A DNA stretch of 63,425 nt, filler included, from Chrysochromulina tobinii (GCA_001275005.1; 7 parts of 7 records of this genome joined end to end with filler, not necessarily neighbours in it); one strand, 5' to 3'. Shown: positions 10,591 to 22,839, counted from the whole stretch's first letter. The notes: generated from the letters alone by a model not told the origin. Made by a program: numbers and translations.

Positions 10591-11865
10591 TCACGCCGGT
10601 GGAGCGACCTTCTCCTTGCTGGGGAGCGCCCCCTCCGCCAGCTTCTGCCGCAGCCGCTCCGCCGCCTTCTCCTTGCTTGCCGCCTCCGCCAGCTGTCCGC
10701 ACCCGGCGTCAATGTCAATGCCTCGACGCACGCGCACCGTGGCGGGGATGCCGTACTTGCCGAGCACCGCGACAAACTTGTCCGCATTTGGAAGGCTCGT
10801 CGGCGCGCCATCGAAACCATTAGTGGGGTTGAGAGGGATGAGGTTGACGTGGCAGTTGAGGCCCTTGAGCAGCTGCGCGAGCTGCTGCGCGCTCTCCCGG
10901 TCATCGTTGCGCCCGGCGATCAGCGCCCACTCGAATGAGATCCGGCGGCCGCTCGTGTCCACGTAGTACCGGCAGGCGTCGAGGAGCTCCTCGAGATCGT
11001 ATCTCCGATTGACGGGCATGATCGCCGAGCGCGCGTCGTCGCTCGACTCGTGCAAGGAGATCGCGAGCCCGATCGCGAGCCCCTCGTCTGCAAAGCGCCG
11101 GATCTGAGGCACGAGGCCCACCGTCGAGATGGTCAAGTGGCGCGCGCCAATCCCAAGCTCCGAGATGATGCGCCGCGCCGCGCCCAACACGGCGTCGTAG
11201 TTGCGGAACGGCTCCCCCATCCCCATGAAGACGATGTTGCTCAGCCGCTCGTCCTTGGCCCGCAGCTCCGCCGAGAAGCGTGCCGCCTGCTCAAAGATCT
11301 CCGCCTCGCTCAGATCGCGCTTGAAGCCCATCTGGCCCGTGGCGCAAAACGTGCACCCCATCGCGCAGCCCACCTGCGAAGAGATGCACGCGGTGCGCCG
11401 GTTGTCGCGGTATGGCATGAGCACCGACTCGATGAGCGAGCCGTCATGGCAGCGCCACAGCCGCTTGCGTGTGCCGTCGCGGCTGTCAATCTCTTTCGCA
11501 GTCTCGAGCTCACCAAGGGTGGCGTGGGCTTCCAGCTTGGCACGCAGTTCCTTGGGCAATGTTTGCATCGATTGGATGTCGACCGCGGGCGAGTCGCCGT
11601 ACATGGCGTCGCGAATCTGCTTCAAACGGAACTTTTTCTCACCCCACCCCTCCAGCAGTGCAGAGAGCTCGTTGTCGCTGAGACCGTACAGGTTGGCCTT
11701 GCGCAGCGAGGCCGTGCTGCAAGCGGCAGGCGCAGGCGTGCGCACGCCGACGGAGAAGAGGCGCTTGTGCGTGGCGCCCACGTGTAGCGCCTGGACCGGC
11801 ACCGCGGCTAGGACCACCAGCCCCAGCCCGGCACGGCGAAAGGTCGCAGAGTGTGCTGCACCCAT
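10591..11865 (-). CDS. rlmN: Radical-SAM rRNA/tRNA methyltransferase RlmN, organelle-targeted
   Basis: CISSQVGCAMGCTFC (CxxxCxxC), FMGMGEP, TISTVG, RRGIDIDAGCGQL, plus an N-terminal extension. Confidence 0.93.
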   Translation of the reverse strand: MGAAHSATFRRAGLGLVVLAAVPVQALHVGATHKRLFSVGVRTPAPAACSTASLRKANLYGLSDNELSALLEGWGEKKFRLKQIRDAMYGDSPAVDIQSMQTLPKELRAKLEAHATLGELETAKEIDSRDGTRKRLWRCHDGSLIESVLMPYRDNRRTACISSQVGCAMGCTFCATGQMGFKRDLSEAEIFEQAARFSAELRAKDERLSNIVFMGMGEPFRNYDAVLGAARRIISELGIGARHLTISTVGLVPQIRRFADEGLAIGLAISLHESSDDARSAIMPVNRRYDLEELLDACRYYVDTSGRRISFEWALIAGRNDDRESAQQLAQLLKGLNCHVNLIPLNPTNGFDGAPTSLPNADKFVAVLGKYGIPATVRVRRGIDIDAGCGQLAEAASKEKAAERLRQKLAEGALPSKEKVAPPA

Positions 11866-12049
11866 CAATCACTCACGAGACGCGGTCAATCATCTCATCA
11901 CGAGGCACGCGGTTTCGTGCACAGAGAGGCGACGTCAGCGGACTCCCCTTCAGTTCTCCACATCAAAGTTTGTTTCCACATCTTGCCGCGGAGATTGAGA
12001 ACGCGCGCGAGGCAAACGCACACCGCGTGCGATCGTGCCGATTTCATTC

Positions 12050-14868
12050 ATGAGGACCATTCCCATGCTCCTGGTGCTTTACATCCAAGTCGTGTGCGGC
12101 TGCACGCTGACTCCGCGCATCGTCCTTGGTGTCCGCGGTACGCTCCCGTTTGTGCGGCGTTCGCCGCTGGTGCTGGCCACCGAGTCGGGCCGCAGCGACA
12201 GCGACGACAGCAGCACCAGCAGCACCAGCAGCACCAGCAGCACCAGCAGCACCAGCAGCACCAGCGCCAGTGACTTGTCTCGTCAGGAGAAGCGGCTACG
12301 CGCCGAGCGGCTGGCGCTGCAGGCTGAACGTGCCGCCCTGGAGCTCGCGGCGCTCGAGCTCGACGCGGCGCAGCTCAGGCGCGAGGCCGAGAGCCTTGCG
12401 CCACGAGAGGCACCGCCAGCAGCCGCAGCGACCGCACCCATCTCCGGATCCGTGACGGCCTCGGAGACGCCGGCAGCCGCAACCAAGGCGCCGGGCGCAC
12501 CCGGCAGCGCGAGCCCCATCGAGCAACTCTTGGCCTCACTCAAGAGCAACAGCAGCACGGACGCTGGCGCAAGCCGGGCTGGTGGTCAGTCCAAGCCGCC
12601 GGCGAGTTTGTCGGGGAGCAGCCTCACAGAGGTCCTCTCGGGGCAGAGCGAGGGCGCGCTGCAACTGAGCGAGGCGCAGGTGTCGCTCGCGCGCAACCGA
12701 GTCTTCGACTACGACACGTTCTACGTCAGCCAGGTCGAGCAATCGTTCATCGGGACTATTTTTCGTGGCAACCTACGCACCAACACGAGTGTGGTCTACG
12801 CGCGCGTGAGCGCCAAGGCGGCGGCGGAGCCGGAGCTGGCGGGCATCCAGTTCTTGCTGCTGCAGGACCCGCTCGCGCTCACCCTCGAGGGGCTCCAGGC
12901 GGGCGAGGCACGAAAGCCCGTCTGCCTCTGATTGCCTCTGATTGCCTCTGATTGCCTCTGATTGCCTCTGATGATCTCCCTCATCAGGAACGAAAGCCCG
13001 TCTTTCTTGATTGCGCTTGATTGCGCTTGATGGCGAGTACTAATTGGGTCTGATTGCCTCCCTCATCAGGAACGAAAGCCCGTCTTCCTCGCCCTGCCCG
13101 CACGAGCAACCGCTCTGCGTCAACGAATCCCTGAACTGAGCGTGGTGTTGCTAGGGGCGGCGGCGAGTGTCATCACGACGCTCGGGTTCGCGCTCTCGGT
13201 GTACATCCTCGCCGACGGCGGCGCGATGCTCGAGCAGATCAGCAAAGGCGACCCCGCCCCCGTCGAGGCCGCCTTTCCGATTGCGATTGGCTTGGGCGCC
13301 TTGCAGCTCGCGCACGAGATGGGCCACCTCGTGGCGGCGCGAGTGCACGGGATGCGCACGGGCGTCCCGCTCCCCATACCGTCGCTCCAGATCGGCAACT
13401 TCGGGTGCATCACCAAACTGCTCACCTTCCCGCGCAGCCGCACCGCGCTCTTCGATTTCGCTCTCGCCGGTCCGGCGCTCGCCACGGCGCTCGGACTCGT
13501 CCTGTACCTCGTCGGCCTCGCCCTCTCGGTCGACTTACCGGTGCCCAGCCTACCCGCAGGTGAGTGCCATTGATTGCCACTGATGACCTGCCTTGCATGC
13601 AAGTGCTCATCGCAGCGCGGCCAACATGCGGTGCAAGCTCTCGAGTACGCTGATTGCCACTGATGACCTGCCTTGCATGCAAGTGCTCACTGTAGCGCGA
13701 CCTACCCGCAGGGCTGCTCGACCCCGCGGCCGCCGCGTCGGCCGCGGAGGCCGCCTCGACTGCGTCCACCATTGCGGGCTCAACAGCCGCCGCGTCTGCC
13801 GGCGCCGCGACGGGCACCTTTGCACTCGCCTCCGCCGCACCCAGCGCTGCCTTGGCGGCGGTGGGCGCACCAGCGGCGGCGGACGCGGCGGCGGCGGCGA
13901 CGACGGCGGCGGCGGCGGCGAGCTCGGGCGGTGGTGAGATCTTCCCTGTCGTCCCGAGCGACCTGCTCCTCTCGTCTCTCTTGCTCGGCTCGATCGCACA
14001 AGTACGACTCGCCACATTGATTGCCTCTGATGGCCTCTGATTGCCTCTGATTTCCTCTGATTTCCTCTGATTTCCTCTGATTGCCCTCGGCTCGATCGCA
14101 CAGGTACGACTCGCCCCTCTGATTGCCTCTGATGGCCTCTGATCGCCTCTGATGGTCCCGCTGATTGCCTCTGATGGCCTCGGCTCGATCGCACAGCTAC
14201 GACTCGCCACACTCATCATTGCGCCGCTCATGGCCTCTGATCGCCTCGCTGATTGCCTCGCTGATTGTCTCGCTGATGGCCCCTCTGATTGCGCAGCTCA
14301 TCCTGCCCAACTTGGCAAGCTCGCCCGTCATCTCGCTCCACCCGCTCGCCGTCATCGGGTTCGTCACCTTCCTGGTGAACGCGCTGCAGCTCCTCCCGAT
14401 CGGCCGTCTCGACGGCGGGCGCGTGGCGACGGCGGTGCTCGGGGGCGGGCAGGCAAGTCTCGTCAATTGCGACTGATTGCGACTGATTGCGACTGATTGC
14501 GACTGATTGCGACTGATTGCGACTGATTGCGACTGATTGCGTCTGATTGCGTCTGATTGCCTCTGATTGCCACTGATTGCCACTGATTGCCACTGAGTAT
14601 CTCGCTACGGCAGGCGGGCTTCGTCTCGGGCCTCACTCTGACGTTGCTCGGCTTCTCGACCCTCTTTGGCGGGGATAACCCCATCCTCCTTTTTTGGGGC
14701 CTGATCATTATCTTCCTGCAACGGCAGCCGGAGCTGCCCTGTGCGGACGACATCACCGGGGTCGACACGACGCGCACGGTGCTCGCGGCTGTGGCGGGCG
14801 TCGTCACGCTGCTCACGCTGCTTCCGTGCCCCATCCAGTCGGTCGCGGCGCCGCTGGGTGGGTTTTGA
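12050..14868 (+). CDS. EGY-like M50 (site-2) plastid metalloprotease, 5 exons: 12050-12907, 13070-13559, 13712-14001, 14297-14452, 14614-14868
   Basis: HEMGH zinc motif, FDFALAGP, LHPLAVIG...NALQLLPIGRLDGGR. The splice sites (2 GC-AG, 2 GT-AG) restore one continuous frame. Confidence 0.85.
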
Positions 14869-14998
14869 GACACGGCGCCGTGTTGGGCACAGTCGAGTCA
14901 TCTACTTTGAGACGCGGCGCCGTGTTGGGCGCAGCCGAACCATCTACTTTGAGACACGGCGCCGTGTTGGGCGCAACCGAGCCATCTACTTTGCGACG
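14864..14998. repeat. 42-bp minisatellite (3 units plus a partial) starting at the EGY stop codon
   Basis: Unit TTTGAGACACGGCGCCGTGTTGGGC...CATCTAC, containing the palindrome ACACGGCGCCGTGT. Confidence 0.8.
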
Positions 14999-15382
14999 CG
15001 GACTCTGCGCGGCCCCCACCCACGTTTACGCCCCGACGACGAAATTTGAATGAAAAGGCGACGATGTGTCGCATCAACCATGGCGGAACCATGGGTGCCT
15101 GTGGGGTACTATTGTACCCGTAGCCGGTGGCCTTTAAAGCGCGCGGGCGGAGAGTTTTTGAGCAGGCATATGGTGTGTGTGTGTTCGTGAGCGTGCGTGC
15201 ATGAATCACTTGCTGCACTGCCCGACGGTTATCCGATGGTAGGCGGAGGAGGTGGAGTCAAAAACATGGTACAATGAAGTGCGGGAGGACCCGGCGACGA
15301 AACTTTTCAGCTGTTTCGGCCAGCCAAACTTGAGCGGATGAGCTGGCAACACCGCGAGATTTCTGCGTCGCTGCGATTGTCA

Positions 15383-16573
15383 ATGGAGGACGAGGAGCTC
15401 GAGCGCGAGCAGGAGCCACGGCGCCACCGACGCGAACCCGAGGCGGCTATGCCGCCTGCTCGCGGCGAAGGCGGCGAAGGCGGCGAAGGAGGTGAAGGCG
15501 ACCGCTCCTTTGAGCCCGATTCGACGCCGGCGGCTGAAAATGGCAAGGAGCGCGACGTCGAGAGCGGACCAGTGCGCACGCTGTGCGTGCGCAACCTGCC
15601 GCTGAACACGGCGCCGCGCGAGGTGCGCAATCTCGTCGCCCTGCTCGACGGCTTCGAAGCGTACTCGCTCGTGAGCGTGGGCGCCTTTGTGCGCTTCGCG
15701 AGCCCCGAGGCGGCACTGGCTGCCAAGGCGAAGCTCGACCAGTTCGTCTTCGACGAGGCCGAGCCCAACCGCAAGCTCGTGTTGGCGATGGCGCAGCGCA
15801 ATCTCGTCGGGCACCCCAAGAATCGCGCGCCCGCGTCGCGCTTCCCGCCCGCGGCACCAGTGAGCATGTACAGCGCGCCTGCGCCTCGGACAGCCGCCGC
15901 CGGCGGCGGCTACGGCGGCTACGACTCGCTTGCGCGGCCGAGCTACGACTCGTACGCCGCGCCGGCCGCGTACGGCGGCGGCGGTTACGGCGGCGGCGGC
16001 TACGGCGGCCGGTACGGTGGTGCATACGGTGGCGGTGGCTATGGTGGTGGCGGCGGTTATGGTGGTGGCGGCGGCGACCGCGGCGGAGGCTACGGCAGTT
16101 ACAGCGGCGGCTACGGCGGAGCCAGCGGCGGCTCCGGCGGAGCCAGCGGCGGCTACGGCGGCGCCGGCGACTCTGGCGGCGACCGCGGCGGCGACCGCGG
16201 CGGCGACCGCGGCGGCGGCGGCTACGGCGGCGGCGCCCATGGCGGCGCCCCCATAAAGCGAGCGCGTACGACGGACGCGCGCTATGATCACGGGCCCGAC
16301 GGCAACGGCGACACGCTCTGCGTTCGCTACCTGTCGGATGGCTTCACGCTGGATCATGTGGAGCAGACGGTGGCGCGCCTGCCCGGCTACCGCACGCGGA
16401 AGCTCGTGCAGGTGCGAGATGGCAGCATGATGTTTATCCTCTTCGACAGCGCCTCCGACGCACAGGGTGCGCTCGCGCACATGCGCACAATGGAGTGGCA
16501 GACGCGCACCGGCCGCTCGGTGACGCTCGAGGTAGAGGTCGCCAAGCGCTCTTTGGTGCCCGACGAGCGGTGA
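15383..16573 (+). CDS. Two-RRM RNA-binding protein with a Gly/Tyr/RGG-rich linker
   Basis: RTLCVRNLP...GAFVRFASPEAA and DTLCVRYL...MFILFDSASDAQGAL...LEVEVAK, with YGGG and DRGG repeats between. Confidence 0.8.
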   Translation: MEDEELEREQEPRRHRREPEAAMPPARGEGGEGGEGGEGDRSFEPDSTPAAENGKERDVESGPVRTLCVRNLPLNTAPREVRNLVALLDGFEAYSLVSVGAFVRFASPEAALAAKAKLDQFVFDEAEPNRKLVLAMAQRNLVGHPKNRAPASRFPPAAPVSMYSAPAPRTAAAGGGYGGYDSLARPSYDSYAAPAAYGGGGYGGGGYGGRYGGAYGGGGYGGGGGYGGGGGDRGGGYGSYSGGYGGASGGSGGASGGYGGAGDSGGDRGGDRGGDRGGGGYGGGAHGGAPIKRARTTDARYDHGPDGNGDTLCVRYLSDGFTLDHVEQTVARLPGYRTRKLVQVRDGSMMFILFDSASDAQGALAHMRTMEWQTRTGRSVTLEVEVAKRSLVPDER

Positions 16574-16890
16574 TGCAGCGGGGGGGGGGGAGGGCGGTGG
16601 CCCGCGGAGCGGCGCTGACATAGCTCTCGCACACCCGGGGGCACAGTGCCATGGCACATATGGGGAACACACGGCACCAGCTCGCAGCTGGTCGAGCGGA
16701 GCAAAGAGTGTATTTCTGTGACGAGTCTATGTCAGACACGTGGAACACTTCGAGAGCACACAGATTATTTAACAGAGTATTTGGCACACTCTTCCCCGTC
16801 TCGGGGTCGGCAGCAGCAGCGGCAACGGAAGCGAGAAAGCTCATTCGGCGCAGTGCCCACCACGACGCCCACGTCGACGTACCGGTACCT

Positions 16891-19800
16891 ATGTCGTCCA
16901 CCACTTCGGAGCCCGACGCCAACTCCGCGCAGGCGCTGGCGCGGTCTCTCAAGGCGCCTCTGAACGCAGTATCCCTCGACGCCAAGCTCGACGTTGCCGT
17001 TTGGCTCGTGGCAGCCGACGAGAGGACGTGCATCTTTCCCGACCGGCTGCGCTTTGTTCTCGACTGGCTGTGCGGCGTGCTTCGCGGTGCCAAAGCGGGC
17101 AGCGACGGCGTGCCACCGCGTGCCGATGTGCGCTTTTGGCGGCTTCTAGACGCACTCTTGCATCGAGCTGCCGGGTTGCCCGAGCCGATCGATGATGCGG
17201 CGCCACCGGCACAGCTGCCTCGGCCGCTGCCCTCGGGCTTTCGAACACGCCTGGCTCAGAGCAGTCGCCTGCTGTTGCAGAGCGCCGCGGCCGCCCTCGA
17301 GCACGCCGCGGCCGGCAGCATGGCACCCAGCGCCAGCGCGCACCTCTGCGCGCGCGTCCGTCGCGTCTCATGCCTGCTCCTCATCGAGGAGGCCAGCTGG
17401 TTCCGGCCGGGGGCCGAGGCGGTCGCCGAGTACGCCGGGCGCGTCAGCCAGAGCGCGGCGCTGCTGCTCGAGGGCAGCGCGAGCCCGTACGCGACGGTCA
17501 GGGAAGCGATGGCAGCGGGCGCACCGCATGCCCTTCACGCGGCTGCCGATGCGAGCTCTGCCGTTGCGGCGCTCACCGGCGAGACACCGCCGCGAAAGGT
17601 GTTGATGATCCTAACCGGCACCCTGCTGCGCCCGATGCTGGCGCTGCTGTCGAGCTGCTCGCGCCTCTTCGGCAGCGGCGCGGACGAGGAGGCCGACGAT
17701 GGCGGCGGCGCCCACCACGGCGCGACACACTCGGGATCGTTCCGCGCCCGCGACGGCGCCTCGCGTGCCCTCGTGTGCGCGGCGGTGGACGCGGCCGCGG
17801 TGATCTCGGAGAGTGTGAGATCGATCTTGGTGCACGCCGATCATTTGCCTGAGTATGCCGCGACCCTCCGGCACAGCATGCCCACGCCCGAGGCGGCATT
17901 GAGCCTGGGTGGCAGCGAGCGCACCGGTGCAGCGGGCCGCGAGATCAGCATCGCACCCAGCAGCAGCGGCAGCAGCAGCGGGAAGCGCGCACCAAAGCGG
18001 GCGAAGGCGGAGGCGCCGAGCGGCGGCGGCGGGAGCGCGAACTACACCGCGGCAACGCTCGAGGCCATCGCTCGCTTCACTCGTGATGATTTGCAAAGCG
18101 CGCCCGCGCGGGCGCTGTCCCGGGCGCTGGCAGCTGCCTCTGCGGCGGGCGCTGTACCGGGCGCGACCCCGAGCGTTGTACCGGGCGCTACTCTGAGCGC
18201 TGTCCCGGGCGCTCGTCTTGCCAACGGCAGCGGCGGCGGCGGCGGCGGCGTGGCAGCGGATGCGGCCGCCCCCGCTGCGCTGCTCCTGCCTGTCTTGCCT
18301 GCCCTGCTTGAGTGGATAGCCTCGGCATACGAGCAGCAGCAGGCCGTCATGCGCGAGGAGCGTTCAACTCGCCTCCGCCTCGGACTAATAAGTGGAAGCC
18401 GCACGCCACGCGCCGTCACGGCAGACGGCGGCGCCCGCGACGGCGCGGACGCTCCGGCCGAGGCGCCCACGACGGCGGAGGGCAGCTCGCTCGAGCTTGG
18501 GTTTGGGTTGCTCGCGTGGCTTGCTACCCCTCTGCTAGGCTCGCTCACGGCTTTGCTTGGGGACACACTCGCGGCCCTTGGCGCCGACGACAAGACCGGC
18601 TTAAGGGGCGGCCGATGCATGCAACCAAATGACGAGACCGGCTTAAGGGGCGACCGATGCATGCAACCAAAGGTGGAGGCTCGCGCGCAGCTCGAGCTGG
18701 CCGCCACGGTGCGATTGCCATCCGAAGCCTTGCTAAAGGAAGCCTTGAACTTGCCTTGCATGCAAGCGCTCATAACGGCGCCCCTCTTTCCCCAGTGCGG
18801 TTGCCATCCGAAGCCTGCGACGCGCTCGCAGCCTTGCACCTGCCTTGCATGCAAGCGCTCACCACGACGCCCTGTTCCCCACAGGTACGATTGCCATCCG
18901 AAGCCTGCGACGCGCTCGCAGCCTTGCTTCGCACGGCGGCGCGCTGCGGCGTCTACCGACCCCGCGAAGACGTATCCGGCGAGCAGAAGCGATGGATTCG
19001 GGCGATGATGCAGCCCGCGGTCGCTCTCGCCAGGGCGCTCGCGACTCGTGCCCATCCATTCGCTGGTACGCCGGCAGAGGCGGCGGCGGCGGCGCGGGCA
19101 GCGGCGGAGGCTGCCTCCGCCTCCGCCGCCTCCTCCTCCGCCGCCGCTTCCTCCGCCACCTCCGCCCGCCGCCTCCTCGACCGCAGCTGCGGCCGCAGCC
19201 GCATCGCTCCAATCGGCGACACGCGCGACGCACGCCGCCGTGTGCTCCATACTGGACGCCGCCCTCGAACTCGATGCCCTTCTCTTTCGACCTCACCAGC
19301 CCGTGGCCATCGCGCTGCTCGCGACGGCGCCCTCGCTCTCCCGGGCCGCGCTCGGCTTGCTGCACACGCTGCTCGGGACGGCCGCGGCAGAGCGTCAGGT
19401 GCCGCTGAGTGCGTCTGATTGCGTCTGATTGCTTCCGAGCGCACCTGATTGCATCTGAGCGCATAGGAGATTGCGTCTGATTGCATGGGTGATTGTTTAG
19501 AAGATTGCATAGGTGATTGCGACTGATTGTCTCCCTCATCAGGTGCCGCTCCTCCTCAAGACACTCGCCGAGCAAGCGTCCAGCCTCGTGGCGCTCCTTG
19601 GCGGCGGCGGCGGCGGCTGCGGGCGTGCTGCTGAGGTGGGCAGTGCTAGGGTTGGCGGCGGGCTTGGTGGCGGACTCGGCGGTGCTACGCTTGTCGGCGG
19701 CGGCGGCGGTGGCCTCGGCGAGGGTGGCCTCGGCAGGTTGATGGGATGCGACGCCTTTTGGAAGCAGCTCGCGGAGATTGTATCTGCGAGCCCGGAGGCA

Positions 19801-21497
19801 CAATCTCCGGAGCTCGTACCGGTAGTGCTCTCGTACTTGGAGGCGATGTGTGCGCACGCTGCGGGGGGCGGCGGCAAGGGGGTGGGCGAGGTCTGCTGGC
19901 AGCTCGGCTGCCTCCTTGCCCTCGTCTTCGACGCCATCCCGCTGGCCACGCACACGGCCGCACCCCTCGCCCTCGCCGCCCAGCGCGCCCAGGCGCTCGC
20001 CACAGCGCTCACACCGGCGCTCGGCACGGCGCCCACGGTCGGCGCCCACCACAGCGCGGCGCGGTCCGAGGACGACGGTTATCGGGAGGCGGCCGCGATG
20101 CTGCTCTGGCGGGCAGGCGTGGCCCTTGAGCGAGGATGCTCGGAGTTGCTCGAGCCGGGGGCTTGGGGCTTGATGCGACCGACGGAGCCGCCCGCGGCGC
20201 TGGTGGCAGCTCGGGACGCTCTGCATCGCCTGAGTGACACCCACGGCGGCGGCAGCGCCGAGGGCAAAGGCGGGCGCATAGGCGGTGGCAAGGGCGGCGC
20301 TAGAGGTGTTAGCGCCAGCTACGCCGACGCAGCAGTGCAGCTTGCGGCGGCCGACGCGGTGGCCTATGCGGCTGAGTGGTTTCATCTCGACCGCGTTGTG
20401 ATGAGCACTGCTGGCCTCTTCACACCTTGGGGTTCGTCATCGCCCTCCTCCGCGCCGGCCGAGGACGACGAGGACGACCCCCAAGGCGCCGCCCCCGCCG
20501 AGCGCGCCGCCACCGTCGAGGGGCACAAGGGGCCCACACAGGCGGGGCGTAAGCGGCGCAAGGGGTCCTCGTTGGCCGAGAGCGTTGTGGCGGGCGCTCA
20601 CGAGGGCGCCGTGGCGGGCGCTCACGATAGCGCCGAGCGGCTCGCCCGCCGCGCCGCAAAGCGCCAAAAGGGCGTTGTGGTGGGCGCTCACGAGAGCGCC
20701 AAGCGCCAAAAGGTTGTGCGCCGGTGGCTCAAAGAAGACGTGGCACTGCTGGCCACGTGGCGCCCGGCGGAGGCCAAGCTCGCGGCCACGTGGACGGCGG
20801 CTCCCGCAGCGGCTGCACTCGCGCCTGGGTGCGCTGCGCCTCTGCGTGCCTTCGCGTCGCGGTGGGCGCTCGCTTGTGAGCACGCCCCTCTGCTCGATGC
20901 GTACGCGAGCGCGTCGGACCTCCGACGATGGCTCGGTGTGCTATGGACGGCGGTCTGCGCGAGCGAGGGCGCCGTGGCGGGCGCAGCCGACCTCGAGGCC
21001 TCCGCGGCGGGCGCCGTGGCGGGCGCCGCTAGGATGGCGGGCAGCGGCGCGCGCGCCCAGTACGGCGCGAGTGACGGCGCCCAGTACGGCGCGCCACAGA
21101 GCGTGCGTGCGGTCAGCTGGAGGGTGCTGCAGGCGGCGAGTACCTACGAGCTGCCGCGCGTGCGAGCGGCGCTGCTGCCATCCGCGTGGCGTTGGCTGCG
21201 CCGCCATCTGCCTGCCGAAGAGAGTGTGCGTAGCCGCCATTTGCGTGCACAGCTGCGATTCGTGCTTGATGGAGCTACCGCGGAGGCGGGGGGCGAGGGT
21301 GGGGGCGAGGCGGGGGGCGAGGGGGGGGGCGAGCGGGGGGCGAGGCGTCCGACGAGTCGTGGTCGAGGTTGTTGGGTAAGCGTGGCGCGGAGTGTCTCGC
21401 AATCAGTTCGGAGCAGTGGCGTTCCATCGGGCAGCTCGTTGCGATCTTGAGCCGTCTGCCGTTGGAGTGGGTGCCTCTCGAGCAGGTGCGTTGATTG
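16891..21497 (+). CDS. Large Ala-rich multi-exon protein, probable URB2/Npa2 ribosome-biogenesis homolog; truncated at the contig end
   Basis: The N-terminus LARSLKAP...DAKLDVA...FPDRLRFVLDWL...RFWRLLDALLH resembles the URB2 N-terminus. Introns 18709-18884 and 19399-19542 are resolved. One frame change near 19000-19250 is not. Confidence 0.5.
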
Positions 21498-21597
21498 NNN
21501 NNNNNNNNNNNNNNNNNNNNNNNNNNNNNNNNNNNNNNNNNTTAATTAATTAANNNNNNNNNNNNNNNNNNNNNNNNNNNNNNNNNNNNNNNNNNNN
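21498..21597. other. Artificial contig linker
   Basis: N44-TTAATTAATTAA-N44. Confidence 0.97.
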
Positions 21598-22839
21598 GGC
21601 TGGCTCGGCGGCTGGCTCGGCGGGTTCGTCGGCTGGCTCGGCGAGCTCGGCGGCTGGCTCGGCGGCTGGCTCGGCGGGTTCGTCGGCTGGCTCAGCGGGC
21701 TCGGCGAGCTCAGCTGGCTCGGCGGGCTCGGCTGGCTCGGCGGCGGCGACGGACTCGCCGGTGTCAGTGCCAAGCACAGCGGTGTCGCCTGTGACGGTGG
21801 TGAGTGGTGCGGCTGCGTCGGGCACGACTGCGTCGAACATAACGGTGTGAAGCGCGGCGGCATGAGTCGCGTCGATGCCGAGCGTGACGGTGCCTGCACT
21901 CCCCGCCGCCATCACCCCCGCCGCCACCCCGGCTCCAGCGGTCACAGATTCACCCCCAGCTAAGGAGAAGAATCTTGAACCGGTGCTGAGAGCGGGCGGC
22001 GGCGACGGTGACGAGGGCGACAAGGCAACAGCGAGCTGACCGGCCACGACACTCCACTGACGGCCAGGTGCCTGAAAGCCTCCATCCAACCCAGGTGGAA
22101 GAGATGCAATCCGAGCTGATCGTCGAGGGGCTGAGGGAGGTGGATGATACTGTGCAGGGCCAGGAACTCCAGTCTGCAAAGGACCACCAGGACCATCCTG
22201 CAAAGCACCAACTCCAGTCTGCAAAGGACCACCAAGACCATCCTGCAAAGCACCATCGAGAACCATAGATGTACTCAGAGCCATCCCATCGCGAGAGTCG
22301 CAACGGCGAGAATCGAACGTCAATGATGCCTGTGCGAGAGCCTCTCGCATGGGCATCGATGATTCGTCAGCACCGCGTGTGGGCGTGGGCAAGGGCAAGA
22401 CTGGAGCAGGTGAAATCGACCGGGGCAAAGAATCCACCACAGACAAAGGATCCATCGTAGTCTCCGAGGCCGAAGGTGGAACCAATTGGATAGGCCTCGA
22501 GGGACGAGCAGCCGTCTCCAGTGTCGATCCTGCGCCGTGCATTAGCCGATCACCGGAGGCAGCGCTGAACTCGAGGCCTGTAGCTGTCGAACTCGTCCTC
22601 AGATCCCGAGGAGCGCCATTGCCGCCGCGACGACGAGGGCGATGGCTGGGACTGAGAGAAGTGGACGATTGCTGAGATGCCGAAAGATCTGGCGATGCCG
22701 ATCGAGACAGGTGATTCTGCGTCGATCGGACAGAGCGTGCAATAGAGAGGCTGCCGGACGGAGCCGGCAGCCCCCCGCCGGATGCCGGCGGCGGCAAAGC
22801 GACGCGGACGTCGGCGAGGCGGAAGCCACCCGACGCCAC
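21598..22839 (-). CDS. Hypothetical low-complexity protein with AEP repeats, truncated by the linker
   Basis: Open frame of about 400 aa with a (GALQDGxGGPLQTGV)x2 duplication and EPAEPA repeats. No recognisable domain. Confidence 0.3.

Noticed and set aside
14864..14998. 42-bp periodic repeat with a palindrome, CRISPR-like at first sight
   Set aside because: The apparent spacers are near-identical to each other, there are no cas genes, and it lies in a eukaryotic 3' UTR. It is a minisatellite.
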